Shown: positions 35,305-45,402 of the stretch, piece by piece
Position numbering within the stretch: the stretch's first letter is position 1
How the letters are laid out: each line of letters begins with the position of its first letter
NCBI GenBank assembly: GCA_964437555.1
Contig: CAYTHI010000002.1
Span: 7,653-71,652, forward strand
Reading direction: 5' to 3'
Source: Candidatus Woesearchaeota archaeon
Lineage (GTDB): Archaea; Nanobdellota; Nanobdellia; Pacearchaeales; GW2011-AR1
DNA length: 64,000 bases
Made by a program: the position numbers and the translations under genes
The notes under the pieces: generated by a model
Seen by the model: the letters and a program-made list of their open reading frames with translations, nothing else
Told to the model about the DNA's origin: nothing
Database searches by the model: none

Positions 35305-38300
35305 ATGGAGATTAAAAAACAAGAGGAATTTGTCTTAGAAGCAAAAAAGTTCTTTGAAGTATACAAAAAAGATATTGGAAAATCTTTGAGAAGCGAAGAA
35401 AGCGTTATTTATCTTAATTTCGGAGATGTTCTGCAATTTTCTCCTTCTTTAGCTGAAAAGCTCGTAGACACTCCGGAAGAAACCCTTGCGCTGTTAGAGC
35501 TTGCAATGGAAGAATCAGGATTAAGAGAAAGGCCAAGGATTAGGATTAAAGAGCTTCCCGCTTCTACAGATATAAAAATAAGAGAAATAAGAGCAAAACA
35601 TTTAGACAAGTTCCTGCAGATAGAAGGAATTGTCAAGCAAGCTTCTGAAGTAAGGCCGCAGGTAGTGAATGCAAGATTTGAATGCCCAACATGCGGCGCA
35701 ATTCTCTCTGTATTGCAGATAGATAAAAAATTCAGAGAGCCCGCGAGATGTTCATGCGGAAGAAAAGGCCAATTCAATTTGCTTTCAAAAGAAATGGTTG
35801 ATGCTCAAAGATTAGTTATAGAGGAAGCTTCTGATTCTCTCGACGGAGGAGAACAGCCGAGAAGAATAAATATTTTTCTAAAAGAAGATTTAGTAGATCC
35901 TCGAATGGAAGAAAGAACAACTCCTGGAAGCAGGGTTAAAGTTCTCGGTGTTCTGAAAGAAGTTCCGATTCCTTTGCAAACAGGCTCTATATCTACTCGC
36001 TTTGATCTCGCAATAGAAGCCAACAACATGATTCCGTTGGAAGAAACATTTGAAGACTTGCAAATAAGTGAAGAAGAGGAAAAGCAGATAAATGAGCTGG
36101 CTTCAGACCCTTACGCTCACAAGAAGCTTTCTCAAAGCATTGCCCCAAGCGTATATGGATTTGAAAGAATAAAAGAGGCAATTCTTTTGCAATTATTCTC
36201 AGGAGTAAAAAAAGTAAAATCTGATGGAGGAAGAACAAGGGGAGATATCCATATACTTTTAGTAGGAGATCCGGGCGTAGCGAAATCCGTAACTCTGAAA
36301 TTTGTTTCAACAATTGCCCCGAAAGGAAGATATGTTTCAGGAAAAGCAGCGACTGCAGCAGGATTAACAGCGGCAGTTGTAAAAGACGAATTCTTAAAAG
36401 GATGGTCTTTAGAAGCAGGAGCAATGGTATTGGCAAATAAAGGTCTTGTCTGTATAGATGAGATAGAAAAGATGGATGAGCAGGATCGTTCAACTATGCA
36501 TGAAGCAATGGAGCAGCAATGCTACCATAAAGACACGATTATATCCATGGCTGATGGTTCAGAAGCTAAAATAGGAGATTTAGTAGAAGAGCTATTAGAA
36601 AGAAATAAAGGCAAAATAATCAAAGGCAAAGACTGCCTTATCCTTCCTGTTGAAAACCTAGAAGTGCTTACAACTGATTTTACAAATGTCTTCAAAACAA
36701 AAGCCACGAGGATAAGCAAGCATAAAGCCTTTGACAGATTTATCAAAATAAAATTCTCTCATGGCAGAGAGATAACAGTCACGCCAGAGCATCCTGTGTT
36801 TACTGCTGAAAATGGAGAAATAATCACGAAAAGAGCTGATGAAATAAAAATAGGCAATTCTGCCCCCATACCCTTAAATATTCCGATAATAGGAAAAGAA
36901 CAAAACTTCGAACCAATACTGCTGATAGAAAATGAGAGAATAAAGCAGCAAATAAAAATTCCGCAGAAGAACTGCCAAGAATTATTCAAAATAGTAGGGT
37001 ACTTAATTTCAGAGGGCTCCAGGGAAAAAAACAGAGGGAAAATTGTAGGAGTTAATTTTACAAATAAAGATAAACGCGTATTGGAAGATTTTGAGAGCGG
37101 TATGCATAAAGTTTTTAACCTAAAGCCTTACAAACAAACTAAGATAGACGACCATGAGCCAAGAGATATGTACAGATATTCTTCAGTTAATCTAATCAGT
37201 TTTATAAGTAAGAATATGCCATCTTTGCTTAGAAAGTCAGGCAGTAAAGAAATCCCTGAATTTGCAATGAGAGGAAGAAAAGAAGATATCGCAAAAATGC
37301 TTTCTTCCTTATTTGAAGGAGACGGGTATGCTGCGATTAAAAAGAGAACAATAAGAATTGGATATAAAACCAAAAGCAAGAGACTTGCAGAACAAATTCA
37401 GGATTTATTGTTAAGATTTGGCATAAGAAGTTCTATAACAGAACACATGGGATTTTATAGGGTGGGAATAGCTGAATATACCAATATTCAAAGATTTAGA
37501 AAGGATATTGGTTTCTTCACAGAAGAAAAAAACAGAATAATAGACTACTATCTTAGAACTAAGCTCATTAAAAGGCATGTAAAAAACATAATACCGGTCG
37601 AATTTAATGAGAAAATTATCAGTATCCTCAAAGAAGAAGGTATAAGTGACGTTGGGAAATATAAAATATACGATATAATCTATGACCATCAAAAAAGAAA
37701 AGATAAATTTTCATTTTCAACAGAATTCCTAAGAAATCTTCTGCCATTGATAAAGGGTTATAAAAATAAAAAATATATAGAGCAATTCACAAAAGATATT
37801 GGCTGGGAATATATCAAAGGAATAGAGATAATTGAAAACGAAGATGAAAATTGGGTTTATGACATTACGATAGAGCCAAATCACTCTTTTATTTCACAAG
37901 CTGCTATACTTCATAATACTGTCACCATCTCCAAAGCAAACATCCAGGCATCACTAAGAGCCGAGACATCTGTTCTTGCAGCAGGAAACCCAAAGCTCGG
38001 AAGATTTGACCCATTTACGCCGATTCCGCAACAGATAGACATTTCTCCTGCCTTGCTCAGCAGATTTGATGTTATTTTTGTCCTTCGTGATTTGCCAAAC
38101 AAAGGCCAGGATGAAGCAATAGCCTCGCATATATTGGAAGAACACAAACAAACAGTAATAAGAGATGTAGTTGAGCCAAATCTACTAAGAAAATATATTG
38201 CCTATGCCAAAAAGATAAAACCAAAACTGACAGAAGAAGCAAGCGATGAAATAAAAGATTTCTACATTTCATTAAGAAATCAATCAGTCAGAACAGATAC

Positions 38301-38712
38301 AGACATAAAGCCAATTCCTATAACAGCAAGGCAATTAGAAGCAATAGTAAGATTATCGGAAGCCTGCGCACGTGTAAGATTAAGTGAAACAGTTTCAAGG
38401 GATGACGCAAAAAAAGCAATAAATCTTCTGAAATTTTCTCTTAGCCAGGTCGGCTATGATGAAGAGACAAAAGCGTTTGATATAGACAGGATAACAACAG
38501 GAATCTCATCTTCAAAGAGAGGAAAAATAATAAGCGTAAAAGAAACATTGACAAAATTAGAGTCAAGGCTTGGAAAGCTTATTCCCATAGAAGAACTGCA
38601 AAAAGAATTAGAAGGAAAAATATCAGAAACAGAGATTGAAGAAGCAATAAATCAGCTTGACAAATCCGGGGATATTTTCAGGCCCAAGCCTGGTTATATT
38701 CAGAAGTTATAA
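35305..38712 (+). CDS. mcm: MCM replicative helicase containing an intein
   Basis: Zn finger, GDPGVAKS, CIDEIEKM, LLSRFD, ITARQLE. Confidence 0.96.
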   Translation: MEIKKQEEFVLEAKKFFEVYKKDIGKSLRSEESVIYLNFGDVLQFSPSLAEKLVDTPEETLALLELAMEESGLRERPRIRIKELPASTDIKIREIRAKHLDKFLQIEGIVKQASEVRPQVVNARFECPTCGAILSVLQIDKKFREPARCSCGRKGQFNLLSKEMVDAQRLVIEEASDSLDGGEQPRRINIFLKEDLVDPRMEERTTPGSRVKVLGVLKEVPIPLQTGSISTRFDLAIEANNMIPLEETFEDLQISEEEEKQINELASDPYAHKKLSQSIAPSVYGFERIKEAILLQLFSGVKKVKSDGGRTRGDIHILLVGDPGVAKSVTLKFVSTIAPKGRYVSGKAATAAGLTAAVVKDEFLKGWSLEAGAMVLANKGLVCIDEIEKMDEQDRSTMHEAMEQQCYHKDTIISMADGSEAKIGDLVEELLERNKGKIIKGKDCLILPVENLEVLTTDFTNVFKTKATRISKHKAFDRFIKIKFSHGREITVTPEHPVFTAENGEIITKRADEIKIGNSAPIPLNIPIIGKEQNFEPILLIENERIKQQIKIPQKNCQELFKIVGYLISEGSREKNRGKIVGVNFTNKDKRVLEDFESGMHKVFNLKPYKQTKIDDHEPRDMYRYSSVNLISFISKNMPSLLRKSGSKEIPEFAMRGRKEDIAKMLSSLFEGDGYAAIKKRTIRIGYKTKSKRLAEQIQDLLLRFGIRSSITEHMGFYRVGIAEYTNIQRFRKDIGFFTEEKNRIIDYYLRTKLIKRHVKNIIPVEFNEKIISILKEEGISDVGKYKIYDIIYDHQKRKDKFSFSTEFLRNLLPLIKGYKNKKYIEQFTKDIGWEYIKGIEIIENEDENWVYDITIEPNHSFISQAAILHNTVTISKANIQASLRAETSVLAAGNPKLGRFDPFTPIPQQIDISPALLSRFDVIFVLRDLPNKGQDEAIASHILEEHKQTVIRDVVEPNLLRKYIAYAKKIKPKLTEEASDEIKDFYISLRNQSVRTDTDIKPIPITARQLEAIVRLSEACARVRLSETVSRDDAKKAINLLKFSLSQVGYDEETKAFDIDRITTGISSSKRGKIISVKETLTKLESRLGKLIPIEELQKELEGKISETEIEEAINQLDKSGDIFRPKPGYIQKL
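36520..37917 (+). mobile_element. 466-aa LAGLIDADG intein in MCM (after HEAMEQQ)
   Basis: Starts CYHKDT, block B VTPEHP, LAGLIDADG-like GYLISEG and SLFEGDG, ends VYDITI...ILHN followed by Thr. Confidence 0.95.
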
Positions 38713-38976
38713 TCTGCCTTTCTCGATAGCATCTTTCACAGAAAAATCAATATAGTTTCTAGCAGAATAAGTTGTAGCTTTTCCATCGAAATAATATCTT
38801 CCATCTCTCTCCTGAACGCAAGTCAGTTCATTAATCAAAAATCTTAAATGCGAATAATCTCCATTAAAAACTATCGATCTGACCCTATCGCTATGTCCCC
38901 ATTGGCTATACATATATTCCCAAAGCTCCTCTAAAGTCAGACCTGGCTTATCTTTAACCGCCTTTAATGTAAACAT
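38707..38976 (-). CDS. hypothetical protein (possible winged helix)
   Basis: 89-aa ORF; PGLTLEEL and QERDGRYY wing-like pattern. Confidence 0.5.
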   Translation of the reverse strand: MFTLKAVKDKPGLTLEELWEYMYSQWGHSDRVRSIVFNGDYSHLRFLINELTCVQERDGRYYFDGKATTYSARNYIDFSVKDAIEKGRL

Positions 38977-39073
38977 AACCTGGCTTACTAACCTCTTGGC
39001 AGCAGAAATAAGAAATTTAAATATCTTTACTAATCACGAAAATGCTTAAATAACCATCATCATTTTAACAAAA

Positions 39074-39688
39074 ATGCAGGAACAGGAATTCAAAAGGCAC
39101 ATTGCACACAAATTTAGGATAGGTGATATTCTTTCAGGAAAGCCTGTTATGGATGCTGATAGGTTCAAATTTACTGAAATAGGAGACAAAAAAGTTGCAA
39201 GAGTTAATATAATAGCAAATGTAATAGAAAAATTTGTCCAAGATGGTGAGAAAAAATTTGCCTCTGTAACGTTGGACGATGCCTCCGGGCAGATAAGAAT
39301 AAAAACATTCGGAGAAGACATAGAAAAGTTCTCATCTCTCGTACAGGGAGACACCATCCAGATTATAGGGCTTCTGCGCTCATGGAATAATGAAATATAC
39401 ATAACTCCTGAAATAATAAAAAAAAGAAATCCTGAATTTCTTTTGCTAAGAAAATTAGAAACAGACCTTCAAAAGCCAAAACAGATAGATAAGAGCCAAA
39501 TAAATACATTCAGAGACAGCATACTTTCAATGATTAAAAAAGAAGAATCTAACGGCGGAATAGAAACAGAAAAAATAGTTAATGAACTTAAAACAACACA
39601 CGATTTAGTTAATAGTGAAGTCAAAAGGCTTCTTGAAGACGGCCTTATTTATGAGCCCCGCCCGGGAAAATTACGATATTTAGGATAA
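39074..39688 (+). CDS. RPA32-like OB-fold ssDNA-binding protein with C-terminal winged helix
   Basis: RVNIIANV, LDDASGQIR.K.F, LLEDGLIYEPRPG. Confidence 0.85.
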   Translation: MQEQEFKRHIAHKFRIGDILSGKPVMDADRFKFTEIGDKKVARVNIIANVIEKFVQDGEKKFASVTLDDASGQIRIKTFGEDIEKFSSLVQGDTIQIIGLLRSWNNEIYITPEIIKKRNPEFLLLRKLETDLQKPKQIDKSQINTFRDSILSMIKKEESNGGIETEKIVNELKTTHDLVNSEVKRLLEDGLIYEPRPGKLRYLG

Positions 39689-40124
39689 TGAAAACCAGAA
39701 CATTCAATTCTGTAATGATTCCTGCTCATGAAAGCTATGTCAGCAGGGCGCTTGGCATCCCACAAAATTCAGGCCCGAGAATAGATTTAGTAAGTGAAGC
39801 AGCGGGGGTTGAAATAAAATCAAGACTATTAGTACGGACCATCCGAAAAAATGGGTTGTGCAGGAGCACCAAATGCAATATCCTAAAATGCTTGAGGAGA
39901 GGGTAACTGAAAGAACTCTTCACATAATTTCATGGGATTGGATGAGTCAATTTCCGCCACATGAAACGAGCGGCAAGACAAAAATATCAGAGTGGGAGTT
40001 AGTCTTGAGATATTCAACTTTTGCAAGAATCCCAAAAATAGCGAAAACATATCAGGGCCGAAAAGGTCCAATACACTTAACAAATGGAGTCAACCCAAAA
40101 CATTTCCCGGCACTTTCCCGTTGA
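39688..40124 (+). pseudogene. frameshifted hypothetical gene with possible PD-(D/E)xK nuclease motif
   Basis: IDLV...GVEIKSR in the first frame; reading continues in another frame from about 39830 (HPKKWVVQEHQMQYP...). Confidence 0.45.
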
Positions 40125-40129
40125 TTTAT

Positions 40130-40663
40130 TTATAATTTCCTCGCAATCAATTCAGCAACAGAGTTCTCTTTGTAATGCAAAATCTCCCATCCATTTTCAT
40201 AAAAACTCTTCAATTCTCTTTTCTTAAATAAAAAAGAAAACTTTATTTTATCATCATCAAAAAAAGCAGAAATCACATTAATCCCTTTTTTCTTTGTATG
40301 CTTTTTAATATTTTCAATTAAAGCGTAAACATCATTCCTATGCAAAAAGTGCAGGACATTGTTACAGATAATCAAATCATAATTTCCCTTAATTTTTAAC
40401 TTAGTTATATCTTCAACAACACTTTTTAATTTAACATTATGAATTTTAGCCAGTTGGTTTAATTTATGAATTCCATACTTAGAAGAATCAACAGCCAAAA
40501 CTTTAAAGCCTTTCTTTGCTAAAAAAACAGAATCTCTGCCTTCTCCCGCCCCTAAATCTAAAACCTTTCCTTTCTTAACAAAACTAATTGCCTTCACAAC
40601 TAAACTGCTCGGCTCCAATCCCCAGTAATATTTTTTGCCTTTATATAAAGAATCAAAACTCAT
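40130..40663 (-). CDS. TehB-like SAM methyltransferase
   Basis: VLDLGAGEGRDS.FLA..G..V.AVD, YDLI.C..VLHFL. Confidence 0.88.
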   Translation of the reverse strand: MSFDSLYKGKKYYWGLEPSSLVVKAISFVKKGKVLDLGAGEGRDSVFLAKKGFKVLAVDSSKYGIHKLNQLAKIHNVKLKSVVEDITKLKIKGNYDLIICNNVLHFLHRNDVYALIENIKKHTKKKGINVISAFFDDDKIKFSFLFKKRELKSFYENGWEILHYKENSVAELIARKL

Positions 40664-41232
40664 TATTTTTTAAAACCAATCCTATGCAAAAATCCACTCT
40701 TCTTGTTAACTCTCAAAGCAAGCAGGATTAATACAATTAATACAAATACAAGAAGGCCGAATTTAATCGCATTAGTAAAGTTCTGCCAATTCCTGACAGA
40801 GCCATAAACAATAGCAAGAACTCCTGAAGCCATCAATCCGCTTCCGATTGGCTCTATACTAAAGATAGAATATCCTACAATAATTGTTATTAACCCTATA
40901 ATTAGTGCAATCCAGAAAACATTAGTATTATATTTGGAAATAGCATCCTGATAATTAATCCCGCATTCATCGCAATATCCATCAGTAACACACCCTCTGC
41001 TATCATATTCAGACCTGAACTCTCCCTTTATGGCATAGCAAGCCTGCTCTTTTGCACTTAACTCGGACGAATAAGTGCAATTAACTGCCGGCTCCCTGTA
41101 AATAGTAGGATACCTATAAGTGCAGTAATCCTCATACTTCGGCTCAGGATAAAAAGTCTGTATGCCATAAAGCAATACTAAAAAGTAAACAATAAATATC
41201 CCCACTCCCAAAACAATATTCTTGAATCTCAT
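40663..41232 (-). CDS. membrane protein with Cys-rich extracellular loop
   Basis: 4 TM helices; FYP.PKYEDYC. Confidence 0.75.
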   Translation of the reverse strand: MRFKNIVLGVGIFIVYFLVLLYGIQTFYPEPKYEDYCTYRYPTIYREPAVNCTYSSELSAKEQACYAIKGEFRSEYDSRGCVTDGYCDECGINYQDAISKYNTNVFWIALIIGLITIIVGYSIFSIEPIGSGLMASGVLAIVYGSVRNWQNFTNAIKFGLLVFVLIVLILLALRVNKKSGFLHRIGFKK

Positions 41233-41274
41233 AATTAGAATTAAACAAGCATCTTTATAAATATTATTTATCGG

Positions 41275-41472
41275 TCATCGGATATATTTTTTAGGTTCAT
41301 ATGTTATCTGTGCAAGATAAACAATTCTCGGCTTCTCCGATGTGCCAACAGAGCATGATGTAGTCTGAACATCCAAAACCCTGTTTCTATGTACAAGTAA
41401 AGAAGTAAGCTCAACACTAACACTAGTTTGAAAGAGCTCAAGACCGGCTTCATCTTGTATTTCAATTGGCAA
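41275..41472 (-). CDS. hypothetical small protein
   Basis: 65-aa ORF with TTG start. Confidence 0.35.
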   Translation of the reverse strand: MPIEIQDEAGLELFQTSVSVELTSLLVHRNRVLDVQTTSCSVGTSEKPRIVYLAQITYEPKKYIR

Positions 41473-41581
41473 AGATTAAATATATCTAATTTGAGGCATA
41501 GGTTAACATTATCAAAGCAATATTTAAGCATTTATATAAGGCAATCAAAACTCTTAAAAACTATCTAAATACAATAATCAG

Positions 41582-41992
41582 ATGGAATCATACGAAAATC
41601 TTCTTGAAGATGCCTACAAAAACATAAAAGAAATAAAAGGAAGTTCAGAGAGATTTGAAATACCAAAAGTAAAAGGATTTGTAGCAGGAAAAAATACAAT
41701 AATCAGCAATTTCAGGGAGATTGCTTCATACATAAGAAGACCGCAGGAGCAAATAGCAAAGTTTCTTCAAAAAGAACTGGCAACGCCAGGCAAGATTGAA
41801 AATGATCGCCTCATACTTAACAGAAAAATAAATTCAGCTCTTATAAATGAAAAATTAGAAGAATATGTAAAAGAATTTGTTTTATGCAATGAATGCAAAA
41901 AGCCCGACACAGAGATAATATCTGAAAAAGGAATAAAATTTAAGCATTGCCTTGCCTGCGGAGCAAAAACCCCAATAAAAAGCAGGATTTAA
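41582..41992 (+). CDS. eif2b: translation initiation factor aIF2 beta
   Basis: ERFEIP, TII.NF, KELATPG, C.EC.KPDT...C.ACGA. Confidence 0.95.
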   Translation: MESYENLLEDAYKNIKEIKGSSERFEIPKVKGFVAGKNTIISNFREIASYIRRPQEQIAKFLQKELATPGKIENDRLILNRKINSALINEKLEEYVKEFVLCNECKKPDTEIISEKGIKFKHCLACGAKTPIKSRI

Positions 41993-42079
41993 ATAGGCTA
42001 ACAAAAGTTAATTATTATAGTAAAAATAGAAGCATCCGATGATTCTATCGGATATCAAGCAATAATATCCGGCAATTTC

Positions 42080-42316
42080 ATGCTTCCGGCAAGAGTGTTC
42101 GCTTCGCCAACTCCCAATGGAGGATACACTTTATACAGATACTTATATGGAACTATTTCAAGAATGTTAGGAATACCAGAAGGTACTGAGCAAATCGGAA
42201 CAGCAACAAATGAGAGAGATGCCCGTAAAAAATTAAGAGCACATCTAAGAGGATTAGCAGCAAGGCAAGAGAGTTTAGTAGAACAGGTAGAACAATTAAT
42301 TGGTTGTGAAGAGTAA
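42080..42316 (+). CDS. hypothetical protein
   Basis: 78-aa ORF; frame is also open upstream. Confidence 0.4.
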   Translation: MLPARVFASPTPNGGYTLYRYLYGTISRMLGIPEGTEQIGTATNERDARKKLRAHLRGLAARQESLVEQVEQLIGCEE

Positions 42317-42405
42317 TTCAGCTCTTTCCTTGCTAAAAAATCAAAAATCACCAATAAAAACCTTTATAATACCAAAAAACAAAGAAATAGGACGGAGGTA
42401 TAAAT

Positions 42406-42558
42406 ATGGCAACAAAAGGATACTGTGTAAAATGCAAAGAACAGGTAGAAATGAAAAACCCTGTTGAATCCCGAACATCCAAGGGAACCAAGATAGCTAA
42501 AGGAAAATGCCCTAATTGCGGAACAACAGTTTGCAGAATGGGCGGAATTCAGAAGTAG
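42406..42558 (+). CDS. DUF5679-like small zinc-binding protein (Cren7-like)
   Basis: Not in ORF track; SD GGAGGT; MATKGYCVKCKEQVEMKNP...KGKCPNCGTTVCRMGG. Confidence 0.8.
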   Translation: MATKGYCVKCKEQVEMKNPVESRTSKGTKIAKGKCPNCGTTVCRMGGIQK

Positions 42559-42564
42559 GTCTCG

Positions 42565-42864
42565 ATGATTAGTTTCAAGATACATAAGTCGTACAGGAAT
42601 GTAGTGGCTGTATGCGACTCCGAACTGCTTGGAAAGAAATTTGAGGAAGGAAAGAGGCAGCTTCATTTGAAGGAATTCTTCTATAAAGATAAAGAAGTTT
42701 CTTTGGAAGAGGCTATTTCATTAATTAAATCCCAGGCAAGAGAAGATTCAACTTTTAACATAGTTGGAAAAGAAGCTGTAAAAGCCGCTACTGAAGCCGG
42801 AATGATAAACCCGGCACAAATCAGCAAAATACAGGGAATCCCGTTTATTCTCGTTCTGCTTTAA
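42565..42864 (+). CDS. DUF424 family protein
   Basis: VVAVCDSELLGKKF.EG...FY...N.VG..AV. Confidence 0.85.
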   Translation: MISFKIHKSYRNVVAVCDSELLGKKFEEGKRQLHLKEFFYKDKEVSLEEAISLIKSQAREDSTFNIVGKEAVKAATEAGMINPAQISKIQGIPFILVLL

Positions 42865-42901
42865 AGCCAAATTTTAAATAACCTATTTTACAATATTTCT
42901 A

Positions 42902-43267
42902 ATGAAAGAAAATGATTTCGGAGATTTTGAAGAAATAAATGAAAATTTACATCAGCAGGAGGTCTCTGAAGAGCCGGGAATTCCAACAAGAGTAAGAATG
43001 CCAAGAAAAGGCGAGGTAATTGGAGTAATAACGCAAAGGCTTGGAGGAAATAGAATGCATATCAACTCTACAGACGGAAAAATAAGAAATTGCAGAGTCC
43101 CTGGAAGATTCAAAAGAAGACTCTGGCTCAGGCCTAAAGATATCGTATTAATTACTCCCTGGCCTGACAATGACGAAAAAGGAGATATAATTTACAAGTA
43201 TAATTCTTCAGAAATAATACAATTAAGAAAAAAAGGAATTTTAGACACAATCAAAGAAGAATTCTAA
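42902..43267 (+). CDS. eif1a: translation initiation factor aIF1A
   Basis: RVRMP, LGGNRM, DGKIR.CRVPG..KRRLW, KGDII.KY. Confidence 0.95.
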   Translation: MKENDFGDFEEINENLHQQEVSEEPGIPTRVRMPRKGEVIGVITQRLGGNRMHINSTDGKIRNCRVPGRFKRRLWLRPKDIVLITPWPDNDEKGDIIYKYNSSEIIQLRKKGILDTIKEEF

Positions 43268-43268
43268 A

Positions 43269-43769
43269 ATGAAAATCCTTTTACTTCAAAGAACAAAAGA
43301 GCTGGCGAGAGAAAAAAAATTTCTTGAAGAGAAGCTAAATGTAGAAATATCAATTGAAGGAAAAAAAATAACGATAGAAGGAAATGCTGTTGATGAATAT
43401 GAAGCATCAATAGTTTTAGAAGCAATAGGCTTCGGTTTCTCAACAAAAGTAGCTATTCTTCTGAAAAACCCTGATTTCGCATTCAGGCAATTAAGCATAA
43501 AAGATATTACAAAGAAAAAAAACTTTCTGCTAATAAGAGGGAGATTAATAGGAACAAGAGGAAAAACAAAAGAGACAATAGAAGAAATTTCAGGGTGCAG
43601 GCTTATGATTCACGACAACGACAATATTGTAGGCATAATCGGACCATCTGAAGACATTGAAGATGCAATAACTGCTCTGACAAGCCTAATCAAGGGCTCA
43701 AAACAAGCCAATGTTTACAGGTATCTAGAAAAAAGAAACAGAGATAAAAAAATAAAAAATGATTTTTGA
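43269..43769 (+). CDS. KH-domain RNA-processing protein (Dim2/Pno1-like)
   Basis: AIG.GFS, GRLIGT.GKTK..IE, LIKGSKQANVY.YLE. Confidence 0.88.
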   Translation: MKILLLQRTKELAREKKFLEEKLNVEISIEGKKITIEGNAVDEYEASIVLEAIGFGFSTKVAILLKNPDFAFRQLSIKDITKKKNFLLIRGRLIGTRGKTKETIEEISGCRLMIHDNDNIVGIIGPSEDIEDAITALTSLIKGSKQANVYRYLEKRNRDKKIKNDF

Positions 43770-43780
43770 AATTATTGGTA

Positions 43781-43879
43781 TTATCTTCGTCGGGAAGTTC
43801 TTCGCTTAGACTTTGCCCTGGAAGACCCTCTACCCTTTCTATGTTTTACTTTCCGCGAAGCTTTTCTTTTTTTGGCCAT
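43781..43879 (-). CDS. 32-aa Arg/Lys-rich protamine-like micro-protein
   Basis: Not in ORF track; SD GAGGTG; MAKKRKASRKVKHRKGRGSSRAKSKRRTSRRR. Confidence 0.7.
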   Translation of the reverse strand: MAKKRKASRKVKHRKGRGSSRAKSKRRTSRRR

Positions 43880-44093
43880 TATCAACACCTCTTTACAACA
43901 AAAGCAAGTTAATCTCGTATTTAAAATTTTCCAATTTCAAAAAATTTTAAATTGCTCTGAAAAAATCAGAAATAAAGCGGAAAAATTATTCAAGTAAATC
44001 TTTAAACAAGCAACTTACTCGAGACATTGAAGTTGTAGAGCAAAGATTTGCAGAGCAAATCTTTAAATAACGTTTTTGCCCCACAATTATTAT

Positions 44094-44181
44094 GTCCCCG
44101 TAGCTCAGTTGGTTAGAGCGCACGGCTGTTAAAATTAGTTTAGAAACCGTGATGTCCGAGGTTCGAGTCCTCGCGGGGACG
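44094..44181 (+). tRNA. tRNA-Asn(GTT) with 14-nt intron at 37/38 (44132-44145)
   Basis: GTCCCCG/CGGGGAC acceptor, CACGG/CCGTG anticodon stem, TTCGAGT T-loop. Confidence 0.93.
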
Positions 44182-44230
44182 TTCTATCTCTCTAAGATAA
44201 ATTTAAATTTAATTATTAATTACCAATACA

Positions 44231-44734
44231 ATGGATTATAACATCATCGGCTACGGAAGCTTGTTAAGCCACAAGTCCCTGAAAGAAGACTGCAAAGACA
44301 AAAAATTCAAACAAGTAATAGTAAAAGGATATAAAAGAATTTTCAATATAGATGAAGGCAACAGCCATGATGTTTTAAATCTCACCCCTGAAAAAAGTTC
44401 TGCCTTCAACGGAGTTCTGTTCAAAGTAAACGATAGGGAATTAAAAAAATTAAAAGAGCGCGAGGACTGGTATAATATAGAAGAATCAGAATGTTACAAT
44501 TTTAATACAAATAAAAAAGCAGGAAAATGCCTTCTATTCATAGACCACATGATACTGATAGACAAGCATCACAAAAATCCGGACAAAAGGTATTTTATAC
44601 TATGCAGGGAGGCAGCATATCATATAAGCAAAAAATTCGGCAGGTATTGGGATGAAACTACATATGTATCATCAGGAAAAAAAGTTTCTGAATGGATAAA
44701 GACAAATCCAGAATATAATACAATAAAAAATTAA
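44231..44734 (+). CDS. gamma-glutamylcyclotransferase-family protein
   Basis: IIGYGSLL, GYKR.FN, NGVLF.V...L..RE..Y. Confidence 0.8.
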   Translation: MDYNIIGYGSLLSHKSLKEDCKDKKFKQVIVKGYKRIFNIDEGNSHDVLNLTPEKSSAFNGVLFKVNDRELKKLKEREDWYNIEESECYNFNTNKKAGKCLLFIDHMILIDKHHKNPDKRYFILCREAAYHISKKFGRYWDETTYVSSGKKVSEWIKTNPEYNTIKN

Positions 44735-45354
44735 ACTTTGGTTCTCCAAAATTTATCCAAGTCAGTAAGAGTCAAATAACTCTCCATTATCTTTAAATAC
44801 AATTTCTTTTGCTCTTTATTGAGAAGAAAATTATAATCGTGGCTTTTAGTCCAATGGTGAGATGATATAAGCTTAGCTACTTCCCTCTTATCAAATGTAA
44901 GCTCACCAAAATCCAAAAGAATTATTTTTTCATTTCTGTCAAGCCCATAATTAATCCCAAAATTAAATATTCTATCTTGGAATCCATATTTCCAGCATTC
45001 TTTTATAAAAATCGCATAATCTCTGAATATCTTTTCAAGATTTTCTTCTGATTTTATCAATTTTTTCAGGGGAATTGCCTTATCCTGCCATATATTATTT
45101 CCGTCAAAAACAGGATTGCCTAAAAGAGAAGGTTTTATTTTTCTGCTCTTTATGCCAGTTATAGAATTAACTCTAGAATGTTCCAGATTTTTTATATGCT
45201 TATTAAAAAATAAATAAGAGGGTTCAAAAAATGCCCATTTGAACAAAGTAAAAATTATTCCATATATTGAGCGTGGTATTTTAAGAACTCTGTCTCCATA
45301 ATCATAAACAACATATTGCAGACCTTTGCCTATTTTGTTAGCCATATTTAGCAC
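44731..45354 (-). CDS. kinase-like hypothetical protein
   Basis: IGKG...VY...RVLK, NYG...IILLDFGE. Confidence 0.55.
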   Translation of the reverse strand: MLNMANKIGKGLQYVVYDYGDRVLKIPRSIYGIIFTLFKWAFFEPSYLFFNKHIKNLEHSRVNSITGIKSRKIKPSLLGNPVFDGNNIWQDKAIPLKKLIKSEENLEKIFRDYAIFIKECWKYGFQDRIFNFGINYGLDRNEKIILLDFGELTFDKREVAKLISSHHWTKSHDYNFLLNKEQKKLYLKIMESYLTLTDLDKFWRTKV

Positions 45355-45402
45355 AAATAGTTCAATTTAAAAATTTTTAAACCTTCTTACCAAGATAGAG
45401 TC

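Noticed and set aside
43880..44090. Replication origin in AT-rich intergenic region
   Set aside because: No ORB-like repeats or adjacent orc1/cdc6; explained by divergent promoters
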